The notes beneath the pieces were generated by a model that made no database searches, was not told the DNA's origin, and worked only from the letters and a program-made list of their open reading frames with translations. Below are positions 28,509-38,068 of a stretch of 64,000 bases of DNA, piece by piece. Position 1 is the first letter of the stretch. Each line of letters opens with the position of its first letter. A program made the translations under genes and the position numbers. The stretch lies in NCBI GenBank assembly GCA_041650335.1, contig JBAZLK010000005.1:10580-74579 (forward strand). Reading direction: 5' to 3'. Source of the DNA: Patescibacteria group bacterium. Lineage in GTDB: Bacteria; Patescibacteriota; Patescibacteriia; JAHIZJ01.

Positions 28509-30045
28509 AGCGACGCCATACTTAATATTATTCGGTTTGGCGTTTATTTTCTTTTTTGTGCTGCAGTACAGCAACGTCCTGGCCGACCCAGATTCTTTTT
28601 ACCATGCCAAGATGGCCATGCTCATGCGCGATCACGGAATAATCAAGACATTCCCTTGGCTGGGAAATTTTACCGTACTCGGACAAGCTTATACCGACCA
28701 ACACTTTCTCTACCATATATTCCTCATTCCGTTCGTCAGCTTCCTTCAGCCGATCGTTGGTTTAAAATTGGCGACAGTCATATTGGCCAGCGCCTTTATC
28801 GTTACATTTTACTGGCTGCTGCGGCGCTTCCGAATACGGTTTGCCTTTTCTTTCTCGCTTCTGCCCCTGCTGATGGGTCCGTTCATCTTTCGGGTGAGCT
28901 TAGCAAAGGCCCCCAGCCTCTCGTTGATTTTACTATTTCTCGGGTTATGGATGATTATTGAAGGGCGTTGGAAACTGCTATTCATATTTTCATTTTTCTA
29001 CGTCTGGGCGTACGGCGGTTTTTCGCTCATCGTTATAGTGAGCGGCCTCTATCTCGGCATTGAAATCATTCTCAATATCGTCCAGAAAATACGTCGGCAT
29101 CACTTGTCGTGGCGACAAACGGTGTATCCAAAAACCGCCTGGCTGACTTTTCTGAGCACCTGTACGGGTGTGGCCGCGGGTCTATTAATTAATCCATATT
29201 TTCCCCAGAATCTGGAGTTCTATCGCTATCAACTTTTTGAGATTGGCATCAAGAACTATCGAGACAGTATCGGCGTCGGCGGCGAGTGGTATCCCTATCA
29301 GCCGTTTGCGCTCTTTACCGGCAGCATCTTTTTGACGATCGCGCTCATTGTGACGGCCGTGGTTGTCTTTTTTGTCTGGAAACGATTGTCGCGCCGCGAC
29401 CTGTATTTATTTTTGCTCACCATATTTTTCCTGATTTTAACCCTGAAATCACGGCGCTACGTTGAATACTATATCCCGATTGCCTGTCTTTTTAGTTTTT
29501 CAATTTTAGGCGCTTCATTACGGAATTTTTCGGTAAATCGTTTGGCTCACGCATTCAATCACCTAAAGCCACGGCTCAAGATTGTTGCGTTTTTAACGCT
29601 TTTGTACTTTTTTGTGACCGTTCCGGCGCTGGCTATACGGAATTTCAATAACGATCGGTCCGATCTCGCCAGCGGCTTTTCGTACACAAAATTCAAGCGT
29701 TCAAGCCAGTGGCTGGCACAACATTCCCGCACCGGCGACATTGTCTTCCATAGCAGTTGGGACGAGTTTCCGCTCCTCTTTTATTACGACGACACAAATT
29801 ACTACATCGGTGGCCTCGATCCCACGTTTATGTATTTAGCCGATAAGGAGTTGTATCAGAAATGGGTTGACATCACCATCGGCAACACGACTGTCGGCGC
29901 CTATGAGATAATAAAAAAAGATTTTCGGGCCCGCTATGTTTTTATTACGCAGAGCCACGGAGCAATGAAACGCACGATCGCTGATGACCCCGGTTTTGTC
30001 AGGCGCTATGAGGACGATGAGGCGATTATATACGAAGTAAAATAA
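28486..30045 (+). CDS. Polytopic GT-C glycosyltransferase, STT3/AglB-like
   Basis: DPDSFYH, GGEWYP, SRRY, SSWDEF motifs; many TM segments plus soluble C-terminal domain. Confidence 0.65.
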   Translation: MSRQRYPRATPYLILFGLAFIFFFVLQYSNVLADPDSFYHAKMAMLMRDHGIIKTFPWLGNFTVLGQAYTDQHFLYHIFLIPFVSFLQPIVGLKLATVILASAFIVTFYWLLRRFRIRFAFSFSLLPLLMGPFIFRVSLAKAPSLSLILLFLGLWMIIEGRWKLLFIFSFFYVWAYGGFSLIVIVSGLYLGIEIILNIVQKIRRHHLSWRQTVYPKTAWLTFLSTCTGVAAGLLINPYFPQNLEFYRYQLFEIGIKNYRDSIGVGGEWYPYQPFALFTGSIFLTIALIVTAVVVFFVWKRLSRRDLYLFLLTIFFLILTLKSRRYVEYYIPIACLFSFSILGASLRNFSVNRLAHAFNHLKPRLKIVAFLTLLYFFVTVPALAIRNFNNDRSDLASGFSYTKFKRSSQWLAQHSRTGDIVFHSSWDEFPLLFYYDDTNYYIGGLDPTFMYLADKELYQKWVDITIGNTTVGAYEIIKKDFRARYVFITQSHGAMKRTIADDPGFVRRYEDDEAIIYEVK

Positions 30046-30117
30046 TCGAACGTTCTAGCCCCTTTTGCTTAATAAAAAACCGCGCGACCCAATCGGCGGA
30101 TTTATTGTTTATTGACG

Positions 30118-30510
30118 CTAGGCTGTCGTCACAAATGCCGTCACCACAAAGGCGACGATCGCGCCAGCCAGGAGGACGATCGCGATGCCGATCACGGCGG
30201 CGGTGATCGTTTTTTTTGCGGTGGCTATTTTTTCTTCATTGCCAGCCGCCGTCATCCAGGTGAAGCCGGCATAGATGAGTAGGACGACGGAAAGAAAGGC
30301 TAAAAACCCGATAACATATTGAGCAACTTTTACCACGGTGCTCGCCAGATCTTTCGGGATACCAAGCTCGGTCTGGATTGAAGGACTAATGCCAATGTTG
30401 ACGGAATCATCAGCCTGAACGGGGGTAAGCGTAAAAAGAAAAGCCAGCGACAGAATGATCAGGCAACAGGCGGCCAGGAATGAGTGTTTGGTTTTTTTTG
30501 ACATATTCAT
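30118..30510 (-). CDS. CPR-type pilin (VirB2/TrbC-like)
   Basis: IYAGFTWMTAAGNEEKIATAKKTITAAVIG. Confidence 0.85.
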   Translation of the reverse strand: MNMSKKTKHSFLAACCLIILSLAFLFTLTPVQADDSVNIGISPSIQTELGIPKDLASTVVKVAQYVIGFLAFLSVVLLIYAGFTWMTAAGNEEKIATAKKTITAAVIGIAIVLLAGAIVAFVVTAFVTTA

Positions 30511-30578
30511 TTGATACTCGTCCTTACTGCTACGCCCAGTATACCGTACTGGCAGGGGCTCGTCTAGAGCCAGTGCTC

Positions 30579-30617
30579 AAAACTAAAACTACCCGTTCTG
30601 AGTAGTTTTAGTTTTTT
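30579..30617 (-). terminator. Terminator after pilin 30632-31003
   Basis: aaactaaaactac...gtagttttagttt inverted repeat. Confidence 0.6.
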
Positions 30618-30631
30618 GTATGTAACGAGAA

Positions 30632-31003
30632 TTAGGCCGTGCCACCGCCAGCGAGAATGCCGGACGTGACAAACCAGGTAATAGCCCAGGCGAGCAGTAT
30701 AATGACGAGGCCGATGATTGCAGCGGAAATAATCTTTTTCGCTTGGCCAACGCGCTCTTCATTCCCAGCGGCTGTGAGCCAAATAAAACCGCCATAGATG
30801 ATCATAATAACAGCTACGAGGGCGAGGAAGCCGAGCACCCACTGGATGATAGCGGTAATCTGTTCTGACAACGGCTTATCGGTACCATAGATGTTTGTGC
30901 CATAACCATTATCAATGGTTAACGCGGAAACCGTTGGGGCGAAAGTCAATAGCGCCAGACCGGCGAGACTGAGAATCGATACGATTTTCGTAAGTTTTTT
31001 CAT
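30632..31003 (-). CDS. CPR-type pilin, likely highly expressed
   Basis: IIYGGFIWLTAAGNEERVGQAKKII; own promoter, SD GAAAGGGGGTG, terminator. Confidence 0.88.
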   Translation of the reverse strand: MKKLTKIVSILSLAGLALLTFAPTVSALTIDNGYGTNIYGTDKPLSEQITAIIQWVLGFLALVAVIMIIYGGFIWLTAAGNEERVGQAKKIISAAIIGLVIILLAWAITWFVTSGILAGGGTA

Positions 31004-31085
31004 TGTTTCACCCCCTTTCAGAAAGGTTGTTACGTATTTAGGAAAATATTCGCTTGGTTTTATTCACACTCTATAATCTGTACAA

Positions 31086-31114
31086 ATTGTACACCAAGAT
31101 TAGCTTTTTGTCAA
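31086..31114 (-). promoter_or_regulatory. Pilin promoter
   Basis: TTGACA-17-TACAAT. Confidence 0.7.
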
Positions 31115-31120
31115 ATATTG

Positions 31121-31468
31121 TTATGTCCCAATGCCTTTAAATAGGTCAACAACCCAATTAACAACCGCCAGACTTAGGAACGCAATAACCAAGCCAACGA
31201 GCGCCCAAACAATAGTATCCTTTGCCTGGGTGACCCGCTGCTGATTGCCAGCCGAACTGACATATTGGAAGCCTCCATAAATCACCATCACCAGCGAAAA
31301 CAGCGAAAGAATGCCTAAGAAACCCTTCAAGATGCGTACGATCAGTTGATCGACCGCGGTGATATCACCGAGCGGGTTTGTTAGCCCCTCGGTGTTTTCC
31401 GCAAGAACAACAAACGGAATGGCCACGACCAGGATAGTGAGGAAACTGAGAAATAATTTCTTTTTCAT
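31121..31468 (-). CDS. CPR-type pilin
   Basis: LTNPLG...VIYGGFQYVSSAGNQQRVTQAKDTIVWALVG. Confidence 0.85.
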   Translation of the reverse strand: MKKKLFLSFLTILVVAIPFVVLAENTEGLTNPLGDITAVDQLIVRILKGFLGILSLFSLVMVIYGGFQYVSSAGNQQRVTQAKDTIVWALVGLVIAFLSLAVVNWVVDLFKGIGT

Positions 31469-31532
31469 AAATAGCTTGGTTCAAGTAATCGGATTGGAGG
31501 ATGGAGCGTCGATCGTTTGCCGTTGGCTGGCG

Positions 31533-32948
31533 TTAATCGGCAATGCGCTCGTTTTGGTTGATGGTTTTAGCGGCCTTCTCGACAGCGTCTTTTGGAGTTG
31601 ATTCGGCCTTTACCACCTCGTCGATCATGAGTTTAAACGCTTCATCGGTGGTGCGATAGTTTTTTCCGTGGTACCAGGACGAACTGGTGAGCGATTGCTT
31701 AATGAAGACGTCGATTTGAGGATAGTCCTCGGCCTGCGTGTTAATGATCGAACGCAGCGCTGAGGGGAGAACAGTTTCTTTCAAATATGGTTGGACATTC
31801 GCTGCTTGGGTGGCAAAGTAGAGAAAATCCCAGGCCTGGGTCGCGTTTTTTGAATTCACAAACACTGATTGCACCCAGTAGTTTGCAAAATTGATCTCCT
31901 GGTTCAGGCTGACTTGAGGCAGCGCGGCAATGTCGTAATTGAGCGTCGGCGCCGCTTTCTGAATAAGCGGGATATGATAGGCATAGCCGAGAAAGTAGGC
32001 GCTTAAGCCCTGAGTAAAAGCCTCGAACGAATCAGGCAGGTCCTCGTTCCAGGTGTAGGCTTGTTTTGACGCATTCGAAAAGTCGGTATAAAACGTCAGG
32101 GCATGAGCGCCGGAATAGAACGCTTTATTGTCGGCGTCTTTGACGCTTTGGTCAAACAGGGCTTGAAAAACGTTGGCGTCGTTCATCTTGCCCATTGTCG
32201 CGCCGTCTTGCATCATCAGAACGGAGAGCAGGTCGGTATAGCGCTGGATATTTTTTGACGTTCCGAGGGCAATCGCGGATTGGATAATCTCACCCTTTTC
32301 ACTCTCTTTGACTAAACTTGGTATCTGGCTGACGAGCTCGTTCCAATTCCGAGGCGGCAAGGCAATGCGTGCCTGATTGAGGATGTCGCGGTTGTAATAG
32401 AGGACGAGATTATCCGTGCTGAAGGGCAATCCATAAATCTGAGGATTGCCGTCTTTGTCGTAAAAAAGGACATCCTCTGAAACGACCGGTATGAATTCGG
32501 AGCGAAGGGTGTCGGCCGTATAGGTTCGTTGTTTTGTGGTGACGCGCTTGGTCTCTTTTTTGCACCCTAATGCCTTTGAGGTGACCAGTTTTGGAACCTC
32601 AATAGTTTGCGGTAGCGGGGTGATGAATTTACGATATTCGCCCAGCGAACTGTTCGGCACCGCAAAGATATCGGGACCCTCGCCCCGCGCCCAGGCAGCC
32701 AAAAGCTGATCCCGATATTCTTCGTACTGAAATTTGGTATACTCGAACTTAACGTTCGGGTGGGACGCCTTGTAGGAATTAAAAATTTCCGTGTAAGCAT
32801 CTTCCTCGTCCCAGACACCCCACATTTTGATTGTAATCGGCGCCAACGTAGCGGACGAATTTGATTTCGTACTACAGGCTGCACCGCCAACGATAACCGG
32901 GAGGAGGAGTACGAGGATAATAATCAGCCAACGGAAGCGTTGTGACAT
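31533..32948 (-). CDS. Extracellular solute-binding protein (sugar ABC SBP-like), probable lipoprotein
   Basis: Signal ending GAAC, GEGPDIF, IYGLPFSTDNLVLYYNRD, PPRNWNEL. Confidence 0.85.
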   Translation of the reverse strand: MSQRFRWLIIILVLLLPVIVGGAACSTKSNSSATLAPITIKMWGVWDEEDAYTEIFNSYKASHPNVKFEYTKFQYEEYRDQLLAAWARGEGPDIFAVPNSSLGEYRKFITPLPQTIEVPKLVTSKALGCKKETKRVTTKQRTYTADTLRSEFIPVVSEDVLFYDKDGNPQIYGLPFSTDNLVLYYNRDILNQARIALPPRNWNELVSQIPSLVKESEKGEIIQSAIALGTSKNIQRYTDLLSVLMMQDGATMGKMNDANVFQALFDQSVKDADNKAFYSGAHALTFYTDFSNASKQAYTWNEDLPDSFEAFTQGLSAYFLGYAYHIPLIQKAAPTLNYDIAALPQVSLNQEINFANYWVQSVFVNSKNATQAWDFLYFATQAANVQPYLKETVLPSALRSIINTQAEDYPQIDVFIKQSLTSSSWYHGKNYRTTDEAFKLMIDEVVKAESTPKDAVEKAAKTINQNERIAD

Positions 32949-33832
32949 TAGCGTACGAGTGAACGCAAATATTTTCGTAGCTCGGTGCCAAGCGAATCGT
33001 GTTTTAATCCCTCAGCGATGTTCGCCTTCAACCAGCCGAGCTTCGAGCCAAGATCGTAAATTGTACCAGAAAACTCACAGGCAAAAACAGATTGTTTTTT
33101 CATGAGATTCAAAACCGCATCTGCCAGCCAGATTTCGCCACCTTTTCCAGCCCGGGTGTGTTTGAGGACGGCGAAAATGTCCGGCGTGAGCACGTATCCT
33201 TTGAGCACGGCCAGGTTTGACGGCGCGTTTTCTAAATCTGGTTTTTCGATGATGCCCAGCACCTCGTGTATATTTTCCTTGATGTGTTTGTTCTTGATAA
33301 TTCCGTATTTGGTGATGTCGGAACGCGGCACGGCCAGAACGCCAATCACCGGCGAGGTGTATTCATTGTAGACATCAATCATCTGCTTGATGCAGATTTT
33401 TTTTGAGACGATATAATCATCCGGCCAAATAACAGCAAAAGGTTCGTGGCCGATAACGTTTTCAGCGCAGAGGACGGCGTGACCGTTGCCTAACGCTTTT
33501 CTTTGCCGGATATAGACAAAATTAGCTAACTCCGAGACGGCAATTATTTCAGCTAATTCTTTTGATTTTTTCGCTTGCCTCAGACGTAATTCGAGATCGG
33601 TATTACGATCGAAATGGTCCTCAATTGCTCGTTTGCTTTGACCGGTGATCAAAATGATGTCGGTAATACCGGATTTTACAGCCTCTTCGACGGCGATTTG
33701 GACCGCCGGCCGGTCAATAACCGGTAGCATTTCTTTTGGCTGTGCTTTGGTAGCCGGCAAGAAACGCGTGCCGTAGCCGGCAACTGGTATTATCGCCTTG
33801 GTGACTTTGTGGGGCTGAGTGTTTGATTTCAT
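32948..33832 (-). CDS. galU: UTP-glucose-1-phosphate uridylyltransferase
   Basis: PVAGYGTRFLPATKAQPKEMLP, EDHFD, LGNGHAV, GGEIWLADA. Confidence 0.95.
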   Translation of the reverse strand: MKSNTQPHKVTKAIIPVAGYGTRFLPATKAQPKEMLPVIDRPAVQIAVEEAVKSGITDIILITGQSKRAIEDHFDRNTDLELRLRQAKKSKELAEIIAVSELANFVYIRQRKALGNGHAVLCAENVIGHEPFAVIWPDDYIVSKKICIKQMIDVYNEYTSPVIGVLAVPRSDITKYGIIKNKHIKENIHEVLGIIEKPDLENAPSNLAVLKGYVLTPDIFAVLKHTRAGKGGEIWLADAVLNLMKKQSVFACEFSGTIYDLGSKLGWLKANIAEGLKHDSLGTELRKYLRSLVR

Positions 33833-33951
33833 ATGCATATTCATCCATGATAATAACACAAAAGCCCGATTAAGTAAAACAAGACAACGCGTGGACAAGC
33901 CAAAAAGCCTGTCAGCGACACGTTTATTTAGACTGGCGACTGCCCCGCGTA

Positions 33952-34536
33952 TTAAACGGCAGCGAAGCGTTTTTCCGCGTCAGTCCAATCGATTGCCTTG
34001 AAGAAGGCAGCGATATATTCGGCGCGCTTTAGGCCGAAATCAAGCATGTAGGCGTGCTCAAACACATCCAAGACCAATAGCGGCTTGGCGCCGGCCAGTA
34101 GTCCGACGTCGTGCTCATTGACCCAGATGTTAAATGTCCGTTGGCCGGCCGGATCATAGGCAAGCACAGCCCAGCCGACACCCCGGAGTGCGCCAGTCGC
34201 TTGAAATTCTTTTTCCCAGGCCAGATAATCGCCGAAATCCTTTGTTAGCTGGAGTGCAAGCGGTGATTTCAGGTCGAGCGGCTTCGCGTCTTTGGTGAGA
34301 TTGTCGAAATACAGCTCATGGAGACGCATACCGTTGAATTCCCAGCCGAACCGGCGTTTTGTTTCGGCGAATTCGGGGGTGTTGTTTTTTCCAGCGGCAG
34401 TCAATTCATCGAGCAGATCGGAGAGCGCATTAACATTCTTGACGTAGCCCTGATAGAGCGTGAAGTGATTCGTCAAGAGAATGTCGCTGAAACCAGACAG
34501 GCCGATGAGATGAGAATAGTCGATCGCTTTGTACAT
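33952..34536 (-). CDS. Fe/Mn superoxide dismutase
   Basis: NHFTLYQGYV, LHELYF, LDVFEHAY. Confidence 0.9.
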   Translation of the reverse strand: MYKAIDYSHLIGLSGFSDILLTNHFTLYQGYVKNVNALSDLLDELTAAGKNNTPEFAETKRRFGWEFNGMRLHELYFDNLTKDAKPLDLKSPLALQLTKDFGDYLAWEKEFQATGALRGVGWAVLAYDPAGQRTFNIWVNEHDVGLLAGAKPLLVLDVFEHAYMLDFGLKRAEYIAAFFKAIDWTDAEKRFAAV

Positions 34537-34570
34537 AGTGTTGTTTTTACTGATGAAATAATTGTGTATT

Positions 34571-35557
34571 TTACGGTATGTTTTTTTGATATTGTTTGAC
34601 GGCAACGACGAGTTCTTTTGATGTGGTTGTCTGCATCAGCGCCAGCCGCAGTTTTTTTGCTTCTGAAAAACCGGCTACGTACGCCTTGATGTGTTTCTTC
34701 ATGAGGTTGTATGATTTCCGGTCCTGGTGGACTCGCTCGAACAACTTCGCGTGCTCGACGAGAACGCTCAACCTTTGTTTCACGGTCGGCTCCCGCTTTT
34801 TGTTTGCGTCAAAGAACCAAGGGTTTCCGAAAACACCGCGGCCAACCATGATTCCGTCGCAACCGGTTTCCTGGGCGCGTTGTCGCCCCTCGGCGAGAGA
34901 AGATACATCGCCATTGCCAATGATCAGCGTTTGACTACCAAGTTTTTTTCTAAGAATAACCGCCCGGGCCACCAGGCTCCAATCAGCCGGAACCCGCGAC
35001 ATTTGTTTCCGCGTGCGGGCGTGGACAGTGATCGCCGCCGGCTTCATCTTCAGCAGTACCGGCAGCCAGGCATCAAGCTCATCATGGTTGTAGCCGATCC
35101 GCGTCTTAATCGAGACGGGTAGCGGGCCGGCGCCGCGTTTCGCCTCAGCAATGATCCGACTGGCCAGGCGCGGATTCTTCATCAGGGCGGCGCCACCACC
35201 TTGTCGCTCAACGCTTTTATCCGGACAGCCCATGTTAATGTCCAGACCGTCGAAGCCGAGCGAGCGGATAATTTTGGCGCTGGCGTAGAACTGTTCTGGC
35301 CGGCTGCCCCAAAGCTGGGCCACGATCGGCCGCTCAGCGGGGGTAAAAAACAAGTCTTTCAGAACGCGCCCTTTTCCGGGCGAACACAGCCCGGCGCAGG
35401 ACACAAATTCGGTTACCAAGACATCGGGCTTGCCATGTTTGGCGTAGACCTGCCGAAAAGCTGAATCGGTTACGTCCGACATTGGCGCCAAGACAAAAAA
35501 CGGCTTCGGCAGGCGCAACCAAAAATTCAGCTGCTTACCCTTCTTTGGTAATGGCAT
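34571..35557 (-). CDS. dusB: tRNA-dihydrouridine synthase
   Basis: LAPM, DINMGCP, KTRIG, VHART, GNGD, MVGRG. Confidence 0.9.
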   Translation of the reverse strand: MPLPKKGKQLNFWLRLPKPFFVLAPMSDVTDSAFRQVYAKHGKPDVLVTEFVSCAGLCSPGKGRVLKDLFFTPAERPIVAQLWGSRPEQFYASAKIIRSLGFDGLDINMGCPDKSVERQGGGAALMKNPRLASRIIAEAKRGAGPLPVSIKTRIGYNHDELDAWLPVLLKMKPAAITVHARTRKQMSRVPADWSLVARAVILRKKLGSQTLIIGNGDVSSLAEGRQRAQETGCDGIMVGRGVFGNPWFFDANKKREPTVKQRLSVLVEHAKLFERVHQDRKSYNLMKKHIKAYVAGFSEAKKLRLALMQTTTSKELVVAVKQYQKNIP

Positions 35558-35894
35558 ACAAGGGCAGAACGGCGCACTTTCGCCGCATCGGCGAAAGGGG
35601 CAGTTTCAGCTTATTAACCAGAGTATCACTTCGCATTTTTTGTATTTGGGCGAGCGTCTTGCCGATGATCAGGTCGGAAAAAATAGAAGCCGATGCCTGA
35701 GAAATGGCACAACCAGTACCATCCCAGCCGACCTCGCTAACACGTTTTTGGCGATCAAGTTTGACGGTAAATGTAAGGGAGTCGCCGCAGGAATAATTCG
35801 CACCACTGAACGTTGCATCCGGTTTTTTCAGCCGGCCTTTATGCGCGGGATGGCGGTAATGCTTCATTACGATGAGGTTGTAGGGCGTGACCAT
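35535..35894 (-). CDS. sufU: SufU/IscU-type Fe-S scaffold or sulfur carrier
   Basis: NYSCGD, GCAISQAS, RRKCA. Confidence 0.9.
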   Translation of the reverse strand: MVTPYNLIVMKHYRHPAHKGRLKKPDATFSGANYSCGDSLTFTVKLDRQKRVSEVGWDGTGCAISQASASIFSDLIIGKTLAQIQKMRSDTLVNKLKLPLSPMRRKCAVLPLYAITKEG

Positions 35895-37102
35895 TGGCGG
35901 AGGATTGCTTTCAAGGTTGAAATAAAGTAGTCGATTTCTTTTTTTGTGTTGTATACCGAAACGCTGATTCTGGTGGTAGCGGGCAATTTCAGTTTTCGGT
36001 GGAGAAGCTGGGCGCAATGATGGCCGGCGCGGACACAGATGCCGTAATTGTCGAACAGCGTCGCTAAATCATGCGGATGCATATTTGTGACTTGAAAACT
36101 GATCGCGCCAGAACGGAAACGTGGATCCGGTCCGCAGATTCGCACTTGCGGCAGGCGGGATAAACGGCGATACGCATGAGCGACAAGCGACTGTTCGTGC
36201 CGGCGAATATTTTTTATACCGATTTTTTCAAGATACTCAATGGCTGCGCCAAGTCCGGCCACCTGGGCCAAGGCCTGCGTGCCAGCTTCGAATTTCCACG
36301 GCGCTGGTTTGAAGGTCGAGTGCGTCCAGTGCACCTCCTCAATCATGTCACCGCCGGCCTGATAGGGCGTCATTTCGAGATCGCGACCCTTCTTAATGTA
36401 GAGCACGCCCACGCCGGTTGGCCCGAGCATTTTATGGCTCGAAAAGGCGAAAAAATCCGGGTCGATCGCTTTCAGGTTAACGGGGAGATGCGGCACGCTC
36501 TGAGCGGCGTCGATGAGCACGGGAATATTGCGTCGGTGGGCGGCGCGAACGATTTTCTCAACGGGATTGATCGTACCGAGCACGTTCGAAACATGAACCA
36601 GGGACAAGAAACGCACACCGCGGAGCAGGGCCGGGAAGTTTTTCAGTGCCAACTTTCCCTGACGATCGATCGGCCAATACTTCAGCGTTAATCCTTTTTC
36701 CTGGGCGAGTAGTTGCCAGGGAACAATATTTGCATGATGCTCCATCTCAGTCAACAAGACGGTGTCACCGCGACGGAGATTCTTCTTTGCCCAGGCCTGA
36801 ACGACCAAATTGATGCCCTCGGTCGTCCCGCGAGTGAACACAATCGTCTCCGGACTGGACGCGTGGATAAACTTCGCCACTGTTGTCCGGACGCGTTCAT
36901 ACGCCCCGGTCGCGACATCGGCTAAGGCATAGGTGCCGCGGTGGGGGTTGGCGTTTTTTTGCTCGTACCAATCCTGTTCCGCGCGAATGACAGCCGCGGG
37001 TTTTTGGCTTGTCGCGGCGGAATCAAGATAGACAAACGGTTTCCGGCCGGTTTTTGCCTTCGTGAGGATGGGAAAATCTTTTCGATAGCGTGTGAAATTC
37101 AT
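35867..37102 (-). CDS. sufS: Cysteine desulfurase SufS
   Basis: YLDSAATSQKP, EHHAN, SSHKMLGP, RAGHHCA. Confidence 0.96.
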   Translation of the reverse strand: MNFTRYRKDFPILTKAKTGRKPFVYLDSAATSQKPAAVIRAEQDWYEQKNANPHRGTYALADVATGAYERVRTTVAKFIHASSPETIVFTRGTTEGINLVVQAWAKKNLRRGDTVLLTEMEHHANIVPWQLLAQEKGLTLKYWPIDRQGKLALKNFPALLRGVRFLSLVHVSNVLGTINPVEKIVRAAHRRNIPVLIDAAQSVPHLPVNLKAIDPDFFAFSSHKMLGPTGVGVLYIKKGRDLEMTPYQAGGDMIEEVHWTHSTFKPAPWKFEAGTQALAQVAGLGAAIEYLEKIGIKNIRRHEQSLVAHAYRRLSRLPQVRICGPDPRFRSGAISFQVTNMHPHDLATLFDNYGICVRAGHHCAQLLHRKLKLPATTRISVSVYNTKKEIDYFISTLKAILRQWSRPTTSS

Positions 37103-38067
37103 AAAAATGCAGTCAGTGATTGACGATAGTATTGAGCCAAAGCGTGGTTATTCATCTGTCCCGCTAAATCCGTAAAGAAACCTTTGGTCAGGAGATGTTC
37201 GGTCTGGCTAAGCGTCAGACCACGCGACGCGCAATAGTAGAGCTGGTCGGACGAAAACTGGCCGACCGTCGCATTGTGCCAGACGCGAACGTCGTGATGA
37301 AGAATTTCAAGATTCGGAACAGCTTTAGCTTCAGCCTCTGCTGATAAGAGTAGCACATCCTCGCGTAAAAATGAATTCGTTTTTTGTGCCCGTTTCCCGA
37401 CGGTTATCCAGCCGGGTGCGTGCAACGAGGCGTGATCGCGAACAATCGCTTTCAGATGAATTTGGCCGTTTGTCTTTGGTCCGGCGTGCGCGTGTTGAAG
37501 CTCAACGAAGGTTTGACTATGCTGGGAGCAAAGGAGCGCCAGCCGCATGTTGCTAACACTGCGGGAGCCAGCTAATTGTGTGGCCACGCGTACTGCGTGC
37601 GTCTTGGTGCCATGAAGAAAACCGGCGAACTCAAAGGCTGCGTCAGTCTCGACAATGGCAGTATAGCGCACATCTTTTGCGAGAGCGGAACGCTGGGTAA
37701 GTCCGCACGAAAAATGAGAACGCGTTCGGGCAATCACGTGCGTCGTCTGTTCCCCGATCGTTGTTGACGTTCCGCGGGTATCGAACAAGGTGATATTACT
37801 GTTTGGCTCGGCAATAAAAAAGACGGCTGGGAAATAAGCGGCCGCGCCCTGGCTGAACCGAATTGTATACGGACGACCAGAAGGAAAGACGGCAATATAC
37901 CCAGAGCGCAGGACGTTTTTTGCCAGTGGCGTGTTTCTTGCGCTTCGTTCACAATCACGTTGAACTGACAGTGGCGCCAGTATGAACGGAAAAAAACGTA
38001 CCCCCGCTAATAATAACTGCCGGGCGTCAGAAAAACTTGAGATAAATTGTGCGATCGTGTGTCGCAT
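37099..38067 (-). CDS. sufD: SufD-like protein (divergent)
   Basis: C-terminal PNLEILHHDVRVWHNATVG...YCASRGL; operon position. Confidence 0.85.
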   Translation of the reverse strand: MRHTIAQFISSFSDARQLLLAGVRFFPFILAPLSVQRDCERSARNTPLAKNVLRSGYIAVFPSGRPYTIRFSQGAAAYFPAVFFIAEPNSNITLFDTRGTSTTIGEQTTHVIARTRSHFSCGLTQRSALAKDVRYTAIVETDAAFEFAGFLHGTKTHAVRVATQLAGSRSVSNMRLALLCSQHSQTFVELQHAHAGPKTNGQIHLKAIVRDHASLHAPGWITVGKRAQKTNSFLREDVLLLSAEAEAKAVPNLEILHHDVRVWHNATVGQFSSDQLYYCASRGLTLSQTEHLLTKGFFTDLAGQMNNHALAQYYRQSLTAFL

Positions 38068-38068
38068 G

